Positions 19,211 through 29,337 of a stretch of DNA of 64,000 bases are shown piece after piece. Under the pieces are notes generated by a model. It saw nothing but the letters and a program-made list of their open reading frames with translations, did not search any database and was not told where the DNA came from. Every line of letters begins with the position of its first letter. Within the stretch, counting starts at the first letter, position 1. A program made the position numbers and the translations under genes. Origin of the DNA: Bdellovibrionales bacterium (lineage in GTDB: Bacteria; Bdellovibrionota; Bdellovibrionia; Bdellovibrionales; CAYMLA01); assembly GCA_965217115.1 (NCBI GenBank), contig OZ244239.1:576001-640000 (forward strand). The letters run 5' to 3'.

Positions 19211-20221
19211 ATGAGATTTCTTATATATTTTGTGTGTGTGGTGTTAACATTGAAGGTTGACGCAAACTCAGAACTAATAATTAGTAAAAACTGTTCTGCC
19301 ATTTTTTCTAGAACTAAATTAAATATTAATAATAAGGGAGCATCTCAGCAATTTGTAGAGTCCTTAAGGAAGGCACTCTTAGAAGTAAATAATAACTTGG
19401 ATCCATTAAAACAACCTGTAGGATATCGAATTGATCTCTACAAGGCTATTAAACACACGAGTAATTATAATGGCCCATTAAATCAGTTTGGAGTAATTAG
19501 GTCGTCTGAATATTATTCAGTCATAACTAAATCAGGAAAAATGCACTCTGTTCACCCTGAGTACAGTAAGGCAATTGCTGTACATGAATATGGGCATGAA
19601 GTTTTTGCGCAAAATATTGGGCAATATATCACAAATACGAGGGTACAAGAATTTTTCAAAGGGCGCGAATTAATATTTAAAAATCAGCAACAAACTAGTG
19701 TACTGAGGCAAAAAATTGAAAAATTGAAAAGAGCTGGTCTTAATAATGAAGAGATTATTGAGCATCCATACTTTGTAGAATTTGTAAAAAGACGTGACTT
19801 AATAGACAAAGGGTTAAATGCTTATTCTATAAATGAGAAACAGAAGAATATTATTATTTCTTACGATGAATTATTTGCAGATGTAATAGCAGTTATCGGT
19901 ACAAATAGACCTAGAGCGGTCTATCGTGCAAACAATGCAGGAGGAAGAGGCCATACTGGTAGAGACTTTACAGCACATACACCATTAAGAAGTTGGAAGG
20001 GTGCCTCTTTGCATGAAATGTTTTCCCCTACTAGGTCACATTTATGGAAACAGTATTTGTCCCATCCAAAATTTCAGTATGAGAAACCTAAGATATTAGA
20101 GGCTTTACTAAGAGCTATTGGTAAGGAAATTGATTTTTATACTTCTATTAAATTTGTAGATTTACCACATGAAAAAAACGCCAGATTAATTGACGCTTTT
20201 GGTAGGGAATTTGAACACTAG
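19211..20221 (+). CDS. exported HExxH metalloprotease-like protein (gluzincin pattern)
   Basis: signal peptide; IAVHEYGHEVF and YDELFADVIA. Confidence 0.8.
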   Translation: MRFLIYFVCVVLTLKVDANSELIISKNCSAIFSRTKLNINNKGASQQFVESLRKALLEVNNNLDPLKQPVGYRIDLYKAIKHTSNYNGPLNQFGVIRSSEYYSVITKSGKMHSVHPEYSKAIAVHEYGHEVFAQNIGQYITNTRVQEFFKGRELIFKNQQQTSVLRQKIEKLKRAGLNNEEIIEHPYFVEFVKRRDLIDKGLNAYSINEKQKNIIISYDELFADVIAVIGTNRPRAVYRANNAGGRGHTGRDFTAHTPLRSWKGASLHEMFSPTRSHLWKQYLSHPKFQYEKPKILEALLRAIGKEIDFYTSIKFVDLPHEKNARLIDAFGREFEH

Positions 20222-20252
20222 GTAGATGACCAAATATCTGCCCAAAAAGACA
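20217..20252 (+). repeat. gene-3'-end structured repeat, truncated copy 3
   Basis: ACTAGGTAGATGACCAAATATCTGCCCAAAAAGACA; its TAG is the stop codon of the protease gene. Confidence 0.9.
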
Positions 20253-20510
20253 GATCGTCTCCACTCCATCCCTTTTAAAGGCAACCCTCAGAAAAATTGA
20301 AAAATTTACATCACTCGATGAATTTCCCCTTAAAGACATTGACATCTGTTATAATGGTTCAAAAGTTTAAACTGAATAAAAAACTTTAACCCTACTAATT
20401 TAATTTCTTAGATTAACAGTGCATACTAAAGAAGGAGAATTATGATGAGAAAAATAGGACAAAACGAAAATGGCTCGGCGACCCTTGTCACATTAATGGA
20501 GAAATTATCT

Positions 20511-21122
20511 ATGAAAACATTAATTCTAATTATGGCAATATTTGTGTCTGCTCAGGCATCTGCTAATGCCCAAGTATTAACTCAGATTGTGAAGAACATA
20601 ACTGGTTTGACGAGCACGGCTGGCAAGACTTCAAGGATTCAAAAAAAGGTTCTCAAAGAGTTTCTAGACCGACAGGTCATAAAAACTACCGATGACTTTG
20701 GACGCATATCAGAAGTGAAATTTCACCAGACACTAGACGTTAAAAATCTTGAGCTTACAATGACTTCTCTAAAACCCCGTAAAAGAGCTGGAGGTCCAGA
20801 TTGGACGATAAAAATCAATCATGTGGACTCTCTAGTTGAAGGGTTTAAAAAAGCAGACATTGATCGGTTGATAAAAAACTTTCTTAAAAGCAAAGGCTTA
20901 AAAGGGACACAAGTAAAAAATTCCAATCTCACAGACGTGAAGCATATGAACTATGGTATGCTCAATTATAAATTAAGCTCGCGCGCAAATGATTCTTTTA
21001 TAGAGATTGAATTAATCGATGTTAGCAGGATGTACAACCACGGGGATGTTATTGCTGGGCTTTTAGAGAAAATATCCACTAAATATCTTAATTTTTCAAA
21101 CTCAGCAGCGGCGTTGCTCTAA
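20511..21122 (+). CDS. exported protein, tandem paralog A
   Basis: GGAG plus MKTLILIMAIFVSAQASA; ORF extends upstream to 20442. Confidence 0.85.
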   Translation: MKTLILIMAIFVSAQASANAQVLTQIVKNITGLTSTAGKTSRIQKKVLKEFLDRQVIKTTDDFGRISEVKFHQTLDVKNLELTMTSLKPRKRAGGPDWTIKINHVDSLVEGFKKADIDRLIKNFLKSKGLKGTQVKNSNLTDVKHMNYGMLNYKLSSRANDSFIEIELIDVSRMYNHGDVIAGLLEKISTKYLNFSNSAAALL

Positions 21123-21327
21123 AGAAATTTTATAGCTAATGTCATTAAAAAGAAGGCAGACATTAAACCTGAGTATATGTCTGTGTCTTTTTAACGAGGT
21201 AAATAATTGATCCCCAGCCGACAAGGCGAGAAGACCATGGCGGGGTCACTTTGCAGCGCCTAAAATGGCACCTGTCTCAAATATCTACAGCCAAAAGGCC
21301 TTAACTCTCTTAAGTGGCATTCTAACA

Positions 21328-21343
21328 TGGCACTCGTATTGCT
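21328..21343 (+). promoter_or_regulatory. sigma54 -24/-12 promoter candidate
   Basis: TGGCACTCGTATTGCT, near-consensus. Confidence 0.75.
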
Positions 21344-21406
21344 CTAATAGTGGAGTGAAATGACGTGAAGTCATTGGAAATAAATCAAACGATGGAGAAA
21401 ATATCT

Positions 21407-22000
21407 ATGAAAACATTAATTCTAATTATGGCAATCTTTGTATCTGCTCAGGCATCTGCTAATGCCCAAGTATTCACTCAGATTGTGAAGAGCACGATTG
21501 CAAGTCCAAGGATTCAAAAAAGGGCTACCCAACAGTTTCTAGACCGACAAATAATAGACATTGTCGATAACTTTGCAGGCATATTATTAAAAGTGGATTT
21601 TCACAAAACACTAGGCGTTAAAAATCTTGAGCTTACAATGCTTTCTCTAAAAGACTATAAAAAAGGTGCCGCTTCAGAATGGAAGATACAAATCAAGCAT
21701 GTGGACTCTCTGGTTGAAGGCTTTAAAAGAGCAGACATTGATCGGTTGATAGAAGATTTTTTTAAAAGCAAAGGTTTAAAATGGACACTCATTAAATTTC
21801 CCAATAACATAATCGAGAAACATATAGACTCTGGCATGCTCAAATATAGCTTCAGCTCGTCCACCAATGACTCTGTTATAAATATTCGATTAATCAATGT
21901 TAGCTCGCAAGACGCCTACCAAACTATTATTACTGAACTCTTACAGAAAATATCCACTAAATATCTTAATTTTTCAAACTCAGCAGCGGCGTTGCTCTAA
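21407..22000 (+). CDS. exported protein, tandem paralog B
   Basis: same signal peptide and identical last 56 nt as paralog A. Confidence 0.85.
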   Translation: MKTLILIMAIFVSAQASANAQVFTQIVKSTIASPRIQKRATQQFLDRQIIDIVDNFAGILLKVDFHKTLGVKNLELTMLSLKDYKKGAASEWKIQIKHVDSLVEGFKRADIDRLIEDFFKSKGLKWTLIKFPNNIIEKHIDSGMLKYSFSSSTNDSVINIRLINVSSQDAYQTIITELLQKISTKYLNFSNSAAALL

Positions 22001-22008
22001 TCCAAAAA

Positions 22009-23532
22009 GTGGAGAGATTAAATATGCGTCGTTATTCATCTGCTCTCTGGCTTTTTTCTTTGTTTCAAATATTTTTGGTTGGAAACACTTACGCCGATCA
22101 AGTATCTTTAGATCAAAAAATTGATTTCTTAATTCGTCAAAAATCCTTTTTTACATTACTGAAAAATGTCAATCATCAGCATCTCTCCCGTTATCAAAAA
22201 TGCCTTCAGAATCCAGAAGAGGATTTTACCATTACAGTTATCGGGGAAAATGCTCAAATGAAAGATTACACTCGTCCATGCAAGAAATTGATCAAAATTC
22301 GTTTTAGAAGGTCCTTTCGGCTACACTACGAAAAAATGAGACTCTACCTTGCATTGAGCAAAACAAGGTACAGAGAATCCCCAGAAATAATGTCTCAATC
22401 CAATAATATTGATCATAAACTCAATAGAGATATCTCACACCCATCATTTCTTGCCTACTTAGGGTTTAACTATCAACCTATGGATTTATCTCCTTTATCT
22501 GAAAGTGAAACGCGTAAAGCTCTAGATATGTACAGTCAAGACACAAAAGATTTTTGCATAAAATATAAAGAAAACCATTTGGATAAGAGATTATATTTTC
22601 TAAAAAATGAAACTGATAAAAAACACTTAAAAGAACGGTTTTGTGAAGAATCTCTATTAAAAATCAGCAAAAACCTTGGCCATACAAAATTCGAAAGAGC
22701 CTCGAATCAATTAAATCTAGAGCAATTAAATAGAGATTACCATCGTTCAATAGAATATAACCGAGACAAACTAAGGGCTACATACAAGGGGCTCTATGAA
22801 CAAACTATTTCAAAATACCCACTTCTGATATATGGAAAAACAGCTCACCCCACCAACAGGGAGTTATTAGATATTCTAGAGAAAATATCGATGCACAATA
22901 CTGCATTTAATATTAAGGTTGAAGATTATATCGTTGAAAATAACTTAGAGACTGAGATTAATAGTTTTCGCCAAGGCTTGCATAGTCCTAAGGAAAAAGA
23001 GGCCTTATTCGAAAACCTCCTTTTCTTTTTAAAAGAGGGTATTTTTAATGCCTATATGACTAAATACACACTGAACTCCCAGGATTCAGAGAAAATAAAA
23101 GAACTCGTTAAAGAGAAGAAAGAAACCATACAAAGAACAAATATGTTTAAGAGCCTGGGGCTTTTATCAGTTGCCCTTGGTAGTTGCTTTTTGCCTATTG
23201 GAAAAATTATTAAAGTGGCTCAAGTGGCTAAATATATAAAATTAGGTTGCTTTGTCTCTCTTGGAATACCGTTAAATCTATATTTTTTAAACATCGCTTA
23301 TCATGACTTTAATGACGGCTTGTCAGATGTCTTTTCCTCCCCTGATGGAGAGTATATTTTTGGTGATTTTCAACAACTCTCTAGCCATTATCAAATGATT
23401 GTTTTAAATACGCTTCTGCTTGGTGTTGGGATTGGTCCCATCAAAGAATTTGTCTCTATAACCAAACAGGCGGCCATCCTTAGAAACCCTCTAAGAGAGA
23501 AGAAAAAAAACCTTGATAGATACCTCAATTGA
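22009..23532 (+). CDS. hypothetical exported/membrane protein
   Basis: 507 aa, signal peptide (likely start 22024), hydrophobic C-terminal helices. Confidence 0.8.
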   Translation: MERLNMRRYSSALWLFSLFQIFLVGNTYADQVSLDQKIDFLIRQKSFFTLLKNVNHQHLSRYQKCLQNPEEDFTITVIGENAQMKDYTRPCKKLIKIRFRRSFRLHYEKMRLYLALSKTRYRESPEIMSQSNNIDHKLNRDISHPSFLAYLGFNYQPMDLSPLSESETRKALDMYSQDTKDFCIKYKENHLDKRLYFLKNETDKKHLKERFCEESLLKISKNLGHTKFERASNQLNLEQLNRDYHRSIEYNRDKLRATYKGLYEQTISKYPLLIYGKTAHPTNRELLDILEKISMHNTAFNIKVEDYIVENNLETEINSFRQGLHSPKEKEALFENLLFFLKEGIFNAYMTKYTLNSQDSEKIKELVKEKKETIQRTNMFKSLGLLSVALGSCFLPIGKIIKVAQVAKYIKLGCFVSLGIPLNLYFLNIAYHDFNDGLSDVFSSPDGEYIFGDFQQLSSHYQMIVLNTLLLGVGIGPIKEFVSITKQAAILRNPLREKKKNLDRYLN

Positions 23533-23590
23533 ATGAAATACTATGACAGCCTTGATGGATGCGCTAGTTATTAACTACGAGGGGATCTAA

Positions 23591-24805
23591 ATGAAAAAAA
23601 TATTGAATGTGTTTGTAATCTTAATCACCCCTTTGTTCAGCGCCCTACTTACCTCTGCAAGTGACCATGTCGATGGACCTGTCACTAAGGAGCATCGTGT
23701 CGCCGATATTAGTGACTTCTATGTCTTTCAATCACCTGGGAACAAGAACAACACAACCATCATAATGAACACCTATCCGTTTGTAGGGAAATCTGGGCAT
23801 TTCTCAAATAAGGTGACATATGAGATTCATATCATTAACCTCAATATTAATAAATCAACGGGGATTTTTGATAAAAAAGAAAAAGCTAAGATCGTGTGTG
23901 AATCAGTCACCCCACATTCTTCTCGTGAAGATCACTCCCTCTCTAAAATAACTTGTACCGATACGAAGGGAAACAAATCAATCGCCACCCTCAATGCTAG
24001 CCCAAAAAGTAATTTCAATAATCATAAAAATAATCATTTCCCTATTTTTGCAGGTAGAAGGCTTGATCCATTCTTTATCGATACCAAGTGGGCCACAGAA
24101 ACAAACAATAGTGGAAAAATTAGCCCCTCTTCTGGAGGTGACAATGACATAGAAGATTTAAATGTCCTTAGCATTGCAATTGACATTAACTTAAAAGATC
24201 TCTTTGGTCATACTTCGTCAAAAATCTATGGCTTCTATGTAGAGTCACTAACACAAGACTCCCCTGGATCTGTAAAGAGAATCCTCGACAGAGTCGGGCG
24301 GGCAGAGATAACAAACTTCGCCATAAACCAAAAAACAGTTCCAGATATTAGAGACTCCTATAACCAAACCGATACTCTTAATATTCCACCGAGAAAGAAG
24401 AAAGAAATCCTTGATAGACTCCTCAATCAGATAAAATACTATGACAACCTTGATGGATACACTGACTGGAGTAAGAGCGAGCAACAACATCTTGCGAATA
24501 TTTTTATAGATGATTTTCTTGTCATTGACCTGTCAAAACCCTGTTCTGGTAACGGCTTCTTGGAGATAGAGAAATCACTCATTGCAGGGAGGCCCCACGA
24601 AACATGTGGAGGAAGAAAGCTCACTGACGATATTGTTGATCGTATTTATACATATTATATATCCAAGGATAGAAAAGAATATGGCGACTCTGTTAATACC
24701 CCATCCAAATCTTTTGGAAAAAGCTTTCCCTACCTAAACACGCCAGCAACAGGAGTCTGGGCTTGGATAAAAGCTAAATTTGCATACAAAAAAGCAAACT
24801 TTTAA
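23591..24805 (+). CDS. DUF4331-like exported protein
   Basis: ASDHVDGP, ADISDFYVF, FAGRRLDPFFID, DRVGRA, GGRKLTDDIVD, FPYL. Confidence 0.82.
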   Translation: MKKILNVFVILITPLFSALLTSASDHVDGPVTKEHRVADISDFYVFQSPGNKNNTTIIMNTYPFVGKSGHFSNKVTYEIHIINLNINKSTGIFDKKEKAKIVCESVTPHSSREDHSLSKITCTDTKGNKSIATLNASPKSNFNNHKNNHFPIFAGRRLDPFFIDTKWATETNNSGKISPSSGGDNDIEDLNVLSIAIDINLKDLFGHTSSKIYGFYVESLTQDSPGSVKRILDRVGRAEITNFAINQKTVPDIRDSYNQTDTLNIPPRKKKEILDRLLNQIKYYDNLDGYTDWSKSEQQHLANIFIDDFLVIDLSKPCSGNGFLEIEKSLIAGRPHETCGGRKLTDDIVDRIYTYYISKDRKEYGDSVNTPSKSFGKSFPYLNTPATGVWAWIKAKFAYKKANF

Positions 24806-24827
24806 AAATAATTTAAACAATGACTAA

Positions 24828-26075
24828 CTACGACCTTCCATCACGAATCGCCAGGGACGGCCGCAACCCACTCAAACTACGGGCAGGTAACCAAGCACTC
24901 ATAAAGGCCAGCACTACAGATACCAAGAAAACTATACTCACTAAAAACAAATCCACTCGCACGGGAATTTGGGAATCGTAATAAATCCCTGGAAGCACAT
25001 TAAGAGGATAGGTCTTCAACAACCAAATGGCTAAAAAAGAAGAGATCATTCCCCCAATGATACCGAGCAATGACAGAAGAAAACCCATTCTGCCAAATAT
25101 CTTCGTCACCATCGCAGATGACATTCCAAGGGCCATCAACACCCCGATCTCTTGCTTTTTTTGTGAAACAAGTAACAACATCACTGTAATAACACTACAT
25201 ACAGCCATCAAACCACTCAAACATAAAAACAGCCCTATGACCAACTTCTCCAGTTTCAGTGCAAAAAACAATGCCGCATTACGATCTTTCCAAGATTCTA
25301 CAATCGCCCCCGGCATTTGTAATAATGCTTCTGTCTCTTCTAACAAATTCATATCATCCAACCACAACTCCACCCCTAAATAACGACTGGGAGATTCTTT
25401 AAACACATGAAGAGCCTTACCTAATTGATAAAAAATAAATTTACTATCCACATCTGACACATTCGTCGTGATGATTTTTCTCACCACCACCTTCTCTAAT
25501 CGAGGGACTTCCCCTGAGGGAAGTAACAGTGCCTCAGGAGGTATGACTGTCAATGTATCTCCTTCCAACACCCCCAATCTCTGTGCCAAATCAACACCTA
25601 TCACAACCTCCCCTGCCTCTAAAGGAAAATTGTCTTCCTCCTCCCACAAGGCTTCTTCCCCCTGATTCTTTTGTCGCAATTGTTGAAGGCGTGAAAACAT
25701 TTTTTCTAAAGACCTTCCCTTTAACCCTCTAGCCATAGCTCCACGGTAAGCGCCATCAATCGTTCTAAGAATAATATCCTGATTTTCAAAAATAGAAAAT
25801 TGAACTCCCTGCAAAGATTTTACTTTTTTGTAAAAAGAGCTCTCTTCGAGTTTTTTTAAATCATTCGAATCACTCGACCTAATGATCAAATGAGGTTCTA
25901 CTGATAGAATACGCTCCCTAATATTATCATTAAACCCATTCATTATACTCAACACTAGAACAAAACTAAAAACTCCCATAGCAATACCCAAAACACTCAG
26001 GCGAGCAATAACCTTTACCAAAGATCCTGAACGTTTAGAAAAGATGTATCGAGAAAAATAGACCCAACTAAGCAT
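24828..26075 (-). CDS. LolC/LolE-family ABC permease
   Basis: LSVLGIAMGV...LSIMNGF, ALKLEK, EIGVLMALG, PARSL. Confidence 0.9.
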   Translation of the reverse strand: MLSWVYFSRYIFSKRSGSLVKVIARLSVLGIAMGVFSFVLVLSIMNGFNDNIRERILSVEPHLIIRSSDSNDLKKLEESSFYKKVKSLQGVQFSIFENQDIILRTIDGAYRGAMARGLKGRSLEKMFSRLQQLRQKNQGEEALWEEEDNFPLEAGEVVIGVDLAQRLGVLEGDTLTVIPPEALLLPSGEVPRLEKVVVRKIITTNVSDVDSKFIFYQLGKALHVFKESPSRYLGVELWLDDMNLLEETEALLQMPGAIVESWKDRNAALFFALKLEKLVIGLFLCLSGLMAVCSVITVMLLLVSQKKQEIGVLMALGMSSAMVTKIFGRMGFLLSLLGIIGGMISSFLAIWLLKTYPLNVLPGIYYDSQIPVRVDLFLVSIVFLVSVVLAFMSAWLPARSLSGLRPSLAIRDGRS

Positions 26076-26077
26076 GA

Positions 26078-26659
26078 TCAATAGGCCCACAGTGAATAGA
26101 AAAAAGATTTACACGATTCTATAAAAGTTTCCCAAAATCCTAAATAATAATTTCCAGAAACAACAGCTCTTACATAAATAGGATAATCAGGGGGGAACAC
26201 AGATTTAAACGTATCATAAGCCCTCTTCATATGTAGCCTTGATGTGATTAATAAGATATCACGACAATGAAGAGCGCCAATAATAGCCAAAGACTGTCTA
26301 GCATTACCATAGGTTGTTCTTGATTGTTTTTCCAAAATAACATTCTCCTCTTTTATATCACCATAAAAAGGCCATTGAGGAAAAATTTGACGTAACTCAG
26401 ATCGCGGATGAACACCTGAGATAATTAAATTCTTAACTTGTTTCCGAGCTAAAGCATCAAACCCTTCTTTGACACGACCAACACTGCCCGTCAAAACCAC
26501 GGCACAATCTGCCGATCTGTCCTCCAACCAAGAACTCACAGGAGTTCGAGAGACTTTTTGATATTCATCACGAATATTCCAAGTAAAAACCCCGATTAAC
26601 AAAACCAATAAAATTAGAAATTTTCGTGTAATACTCAATCTTGTTCTGATTTTCAGCAT
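26078..26659 (-). CDS. YdcF/DUF218 family protein
   Basis: AVVLTG, LIISG, SRTTYGNA, LITSRLHMKRA. Confidence 0.88.
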   Translation of the reverse strand: MLKIRTRLSITRKFLILLVLLIGVFTWNIRDEYQKVSRTPVSSWLEDRSADCAVVLTGSVGRVKEGFDALARKQVKNLIISGVHPRSELRQIFPQWPFYGDIKEENVILEKQSRTTYGNARQSLAIIGALHCRDILLITSRLHMKRAYDTFKSVFPPDYPIYVRAVVSGNYYLGFWETFIESCKSFFYSLWAY

Positions 26660-26661
26660 GT

Positions 26662-27048
26662 CTATTTCTGGAAGTGAGCAATCACCTCAATCTCCACATT
26701 AACTCCTTTAGGCAAGGCGCTTACAGCAACGCAGGAACGAGCAGGAAAAGACTCATGGAAAAAACTCTGATAAACCTGATTTACTTCTTTAAAATCATCC
26801 ATATCCGTCAAAAATACACTCGTTTTTATAATATGAGAAAAATCCAGGCCAACTTCCTTCAAGAGAGCCTTAATATTTTCCATCACGATTTCTGTTTGAC
26901 GCCCCACTTCTCCACGGAAAACCTCGTTAGTCTTAGGATCAATGGCTATTTGTCCTGAACAAAAGAGAGTGTTCTCTACGCGCACTGCTTGAGAATAGGA
27001 GCCAACTGGTAGAGGGGCTTGACTGGTCACAATAATGTTCTTTTTCAC
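26662..27048 (-). CDS. ridA: RidA family imine deaminase
   Basis: YSQA, CSGQI, PARSCVAVSALPKGVNVEIE. Confidence 0.93.
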   Translation of the reverse strand: MKKNIIVTSQAPLPVGSYSQAVRVENTLFCSGQIAIDPKTNEVFRGEVGRQTEIVMENIKALLKEVGLDFSHIIKTSVFLTDMDDFKEVNQVYQSFFHESFPARSCVAVSALPKGVNVEIEVIAHFQK

Positions 27049-27254
27049 TGAATTCTCCTCTCTCTATCCTACAGTTTGATATCCCATTGAGAATAAATCC
27101 TCTCCTACAAAAAGACAACCTCACATTTATTATCCTGAAGGTCTGGGACAATTTACTTCATAACATCGATTTTCCCACCGATTTTTCTATTTGACACTCT
27201 CAAATTTTATAAGAAAGATCTAAGACTCTATCTCTGTTTTCAAAGGAGCATGAA

Positions 27255-27653
27255 GTGTCCACCCAGAAAGAACCAACAGGTCTGCTGTCTACCCGCACCC
27301 TCGCCATGCCTGCCTATACGAACCCCAGCGGAGATATTTTTGGAGGATGGCTTCTGTCAGAGATGGACATCGCTGGAGCTATATTAGCTCAAAAACATGC
27401 CAAAGGGCGGGTCTCTACCGTCGCCTTAAATGGTATGACGTTTTACTTGCCTGTCTGCGTCGGTGATGTTGTCTGTTGCTACGCCAATCTGATTAAAGTC
27501 GGAAAAACATCTTTAACCATAGATATACAAGCATGGAAAACCCCTCAAAAAAGTACCCAGAGAATAAAAGTCACCGAAGGGACTTTCACCTATGTCGCCA
27601 TTGACGAAAACCGTAAACCTCGCCCTCTGCCCCACATCGACACGCCTACCTAG
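27255..27653 (+). CDS. acyl-CoA thioesterase (YciA-like hotdog fold)
   Basis: TNPSGDIFGGWLLSEMD, FTYVAID. Confidence 0.92.
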   Translation: MSTQKEPTGLLSTRTLAMPAYTNPSGDIFGGWLLSEMDIAGAILAQKHAKGRVSTVALNGMTFYLPVCVGDVVCCYANLIKVGKTSLTIDIQAWKTPQKSTQRIKVTEGTFTYVAIDENRKPRPLPHIDTPT

Positions 27654-27709
27654 AATTGATTCCATCGACTCTCTAAATAAAATGATTCTAAAACTCCCCC
27701 CACACGCTC

Positions 27710-29158
27710 CTACCCTCTCTCCTCTGTTAGATCCCTAAATGATTGCACAGTGTAATACTCAGCTTCTTTTATAATTTTCTCACTGATTTCAGTTTTACCC
27801 TCTAAATCCGCTATGGTTCTGGCAACCCTCAATAGAGACCCCCTTCTCCTCATAGAAGAAAACTTTGGCAGAAGATTTTTTAAAACAAACGCAGGGATGT
27901 CTCTCTCAATTTTATTCACACACAGCCGCTCATTCACCTGTGTAGATAAAGTTTTCTCTCTCCTGCTATTCATAGCAAATTCCTGACTCTGTTTAAGGTC
28001 ATCCAAAATATCCTTCACTCTTATCTCTTTCTCACTACCCCATTTGTGGCTAAAGTTTAAAATGGTAAAACGATCTAGTAATGGACCCGATAACCTCTCT
28101 AGATAAGCCATACATTTTCTCGCACTGCGATTGCAATTAATCACTTTTTGCGGAACCCATTTCCCACATGGACATAAATTCGTTGTGGATAAAATCAAAG
28201 ATCTCGCTGGAAAAATGCTGCACCTCCCTGAACGCACAATCGTGATCTCTCCTTGTTCAAATGGCTCCCGCAAACCCTCTTGAGCTTTGACTGAAAATTC
28301 TAGAAGTTCATCCAATAATAAAACTCCCCCGTGGGCCCTTGATATCTCCCCAGGTTGCGGAACTGTTCCTCCGCCTAATAAACCTATCGCTGTAATACTA
28401 TGATGGGGTGCCACAAACGGACGCCATTTCAAATGATGTCCAAACAGTCTTGACAGAATTTGACTCAGAAGAAAAGTGTCCTTATCAGGCTCTTTCAAAA
28501 GGGCGTGAATCATCTTTGCGGTCGTTGTTTTTCCCGACCCCGCAGGACCTGCAAACAGAGTCGAGTGTTCCCCGTGCACAACAATTTTTATGAGCTGTGC
28601 TACTGATAGAGATACTTTTAACTCAGAAAAATCCTCAGGCCTTTCAAAGGAAGGTTGCCAATTGGATCTCTTTGGCTTTAAATCATTCTTTAATTCTTGT
28701 AACTGATTGATTTGCAAAAAAGAATAATCTGACATCAGAGGACCGCTCCCTGTCAGAATAGAAATTTCTTTCCCATGCTCAAAGAGATCTGATAGATCCT
28801 CTGGCGCTTTCACCTCACCTGTTAAACCCAGCTCTCCATAGGCAAAAACTCTATCTCCTCCCCACCGTGGTTTTGGCACTTGCTCTGTTGCCAACAAGAT
28901 AGCAAAAGCAATCGCTAAGTCTAAACCACGACTTTGTTTCTTAAGATAGTGGGGTCGAAGGTTCACTAAAATCATCTGTGCCCGAGGAAATTGAAAACCT
29001 TGTGCCTTCAGAGCAGACTTCACACGCACCGTGCTTTCCTTAATCACCGAATCTGGCTGCCCCATGATCTGTATTTGAGGAATTCCTGATAGCAAGTGCA
29101 CTTCAACTTCAATTGGAAGTAATTTCCACTCATGGCGAATGAAAGAATGAACAGTCAT
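27710..29158 (-). CDS. comM: ComM/YifB Mg-chelatase-like AAA+ ATPase
   Basis: LDLAIA, GELGLTG, GPAGSGKT, APHHS, PGEISRAHGGVLLLDE, CPCG, SGPLLDR. Confidence 0.9.
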   Translation of the reverse strand: MTVHSFIRHEWKLLPIEVEVHLLSGIPQIQIMGQPDSVIKESTVRVKSALKAQGFQFPRAQMILVNLRPHYLKKQSRGLDLAIAFAILLATEQVPKPRWGGDRVFAYGELGLTGEVKAPEDLSDLFEHGKEISILTGSGPLMSDYSFLQINQLQELKNDLKPKRSNWQPSFERPEDFSELKVSLSVAQLIKIVVHGEHSTLFAGPAGSGKTTTAKMIHALLKEPDKDTFLLSQILSRLFGHHLKWRPFVAPHHSITAIGLLGGGTVPQPGEISRAHGGVLLLDELLEFSVKAQEGLREPFEQGEITIVRSGRCSIFPARSLILSTTNLCPCGKWVPQKVINCNRSARKCMAYLERLSGPLLDRFTILNFSHKWGSEKEIRVKDILDDLKQSQEFAMNSRREKTLSTQVNERLCVNKIERDIPAFVLKNLLPKFSSMRRRGSLLRVARTIADLEGKTEISEKIIKEAEYYTVQSFRDLTEERG

Positions 29159-29337
29159 ACAACTCCTTTCACTGAGCATAATTATAAAAACGAAGCAATA
29201 ATAGAAGAGCCCTTGAAACACACTTGTTGCAAGAGCCATGGAGAAGATTTTCCCGGCGGATTTCTAATACAGGAAATAAATACGAATTATCTTCCATAAA
29301 ATGGTCAGAATTTCAGAAATAAAAATCGCTTCTGTTC

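Noticed and set aside
17407..20252. Repeat series as a CRISPR array or integron attC sites
   Set aside because: Intervening segments are 0.9-1.7 kb with whole genes, no cas genes, no RYYYAAC/GTTRRRY ends and no IntI recognised
20511..22000. Paralog pair as DGR template and variable region
   Set aside because: Differences are not adenine-specific, both copies are full ORFs, and no reverse transcriptase is present
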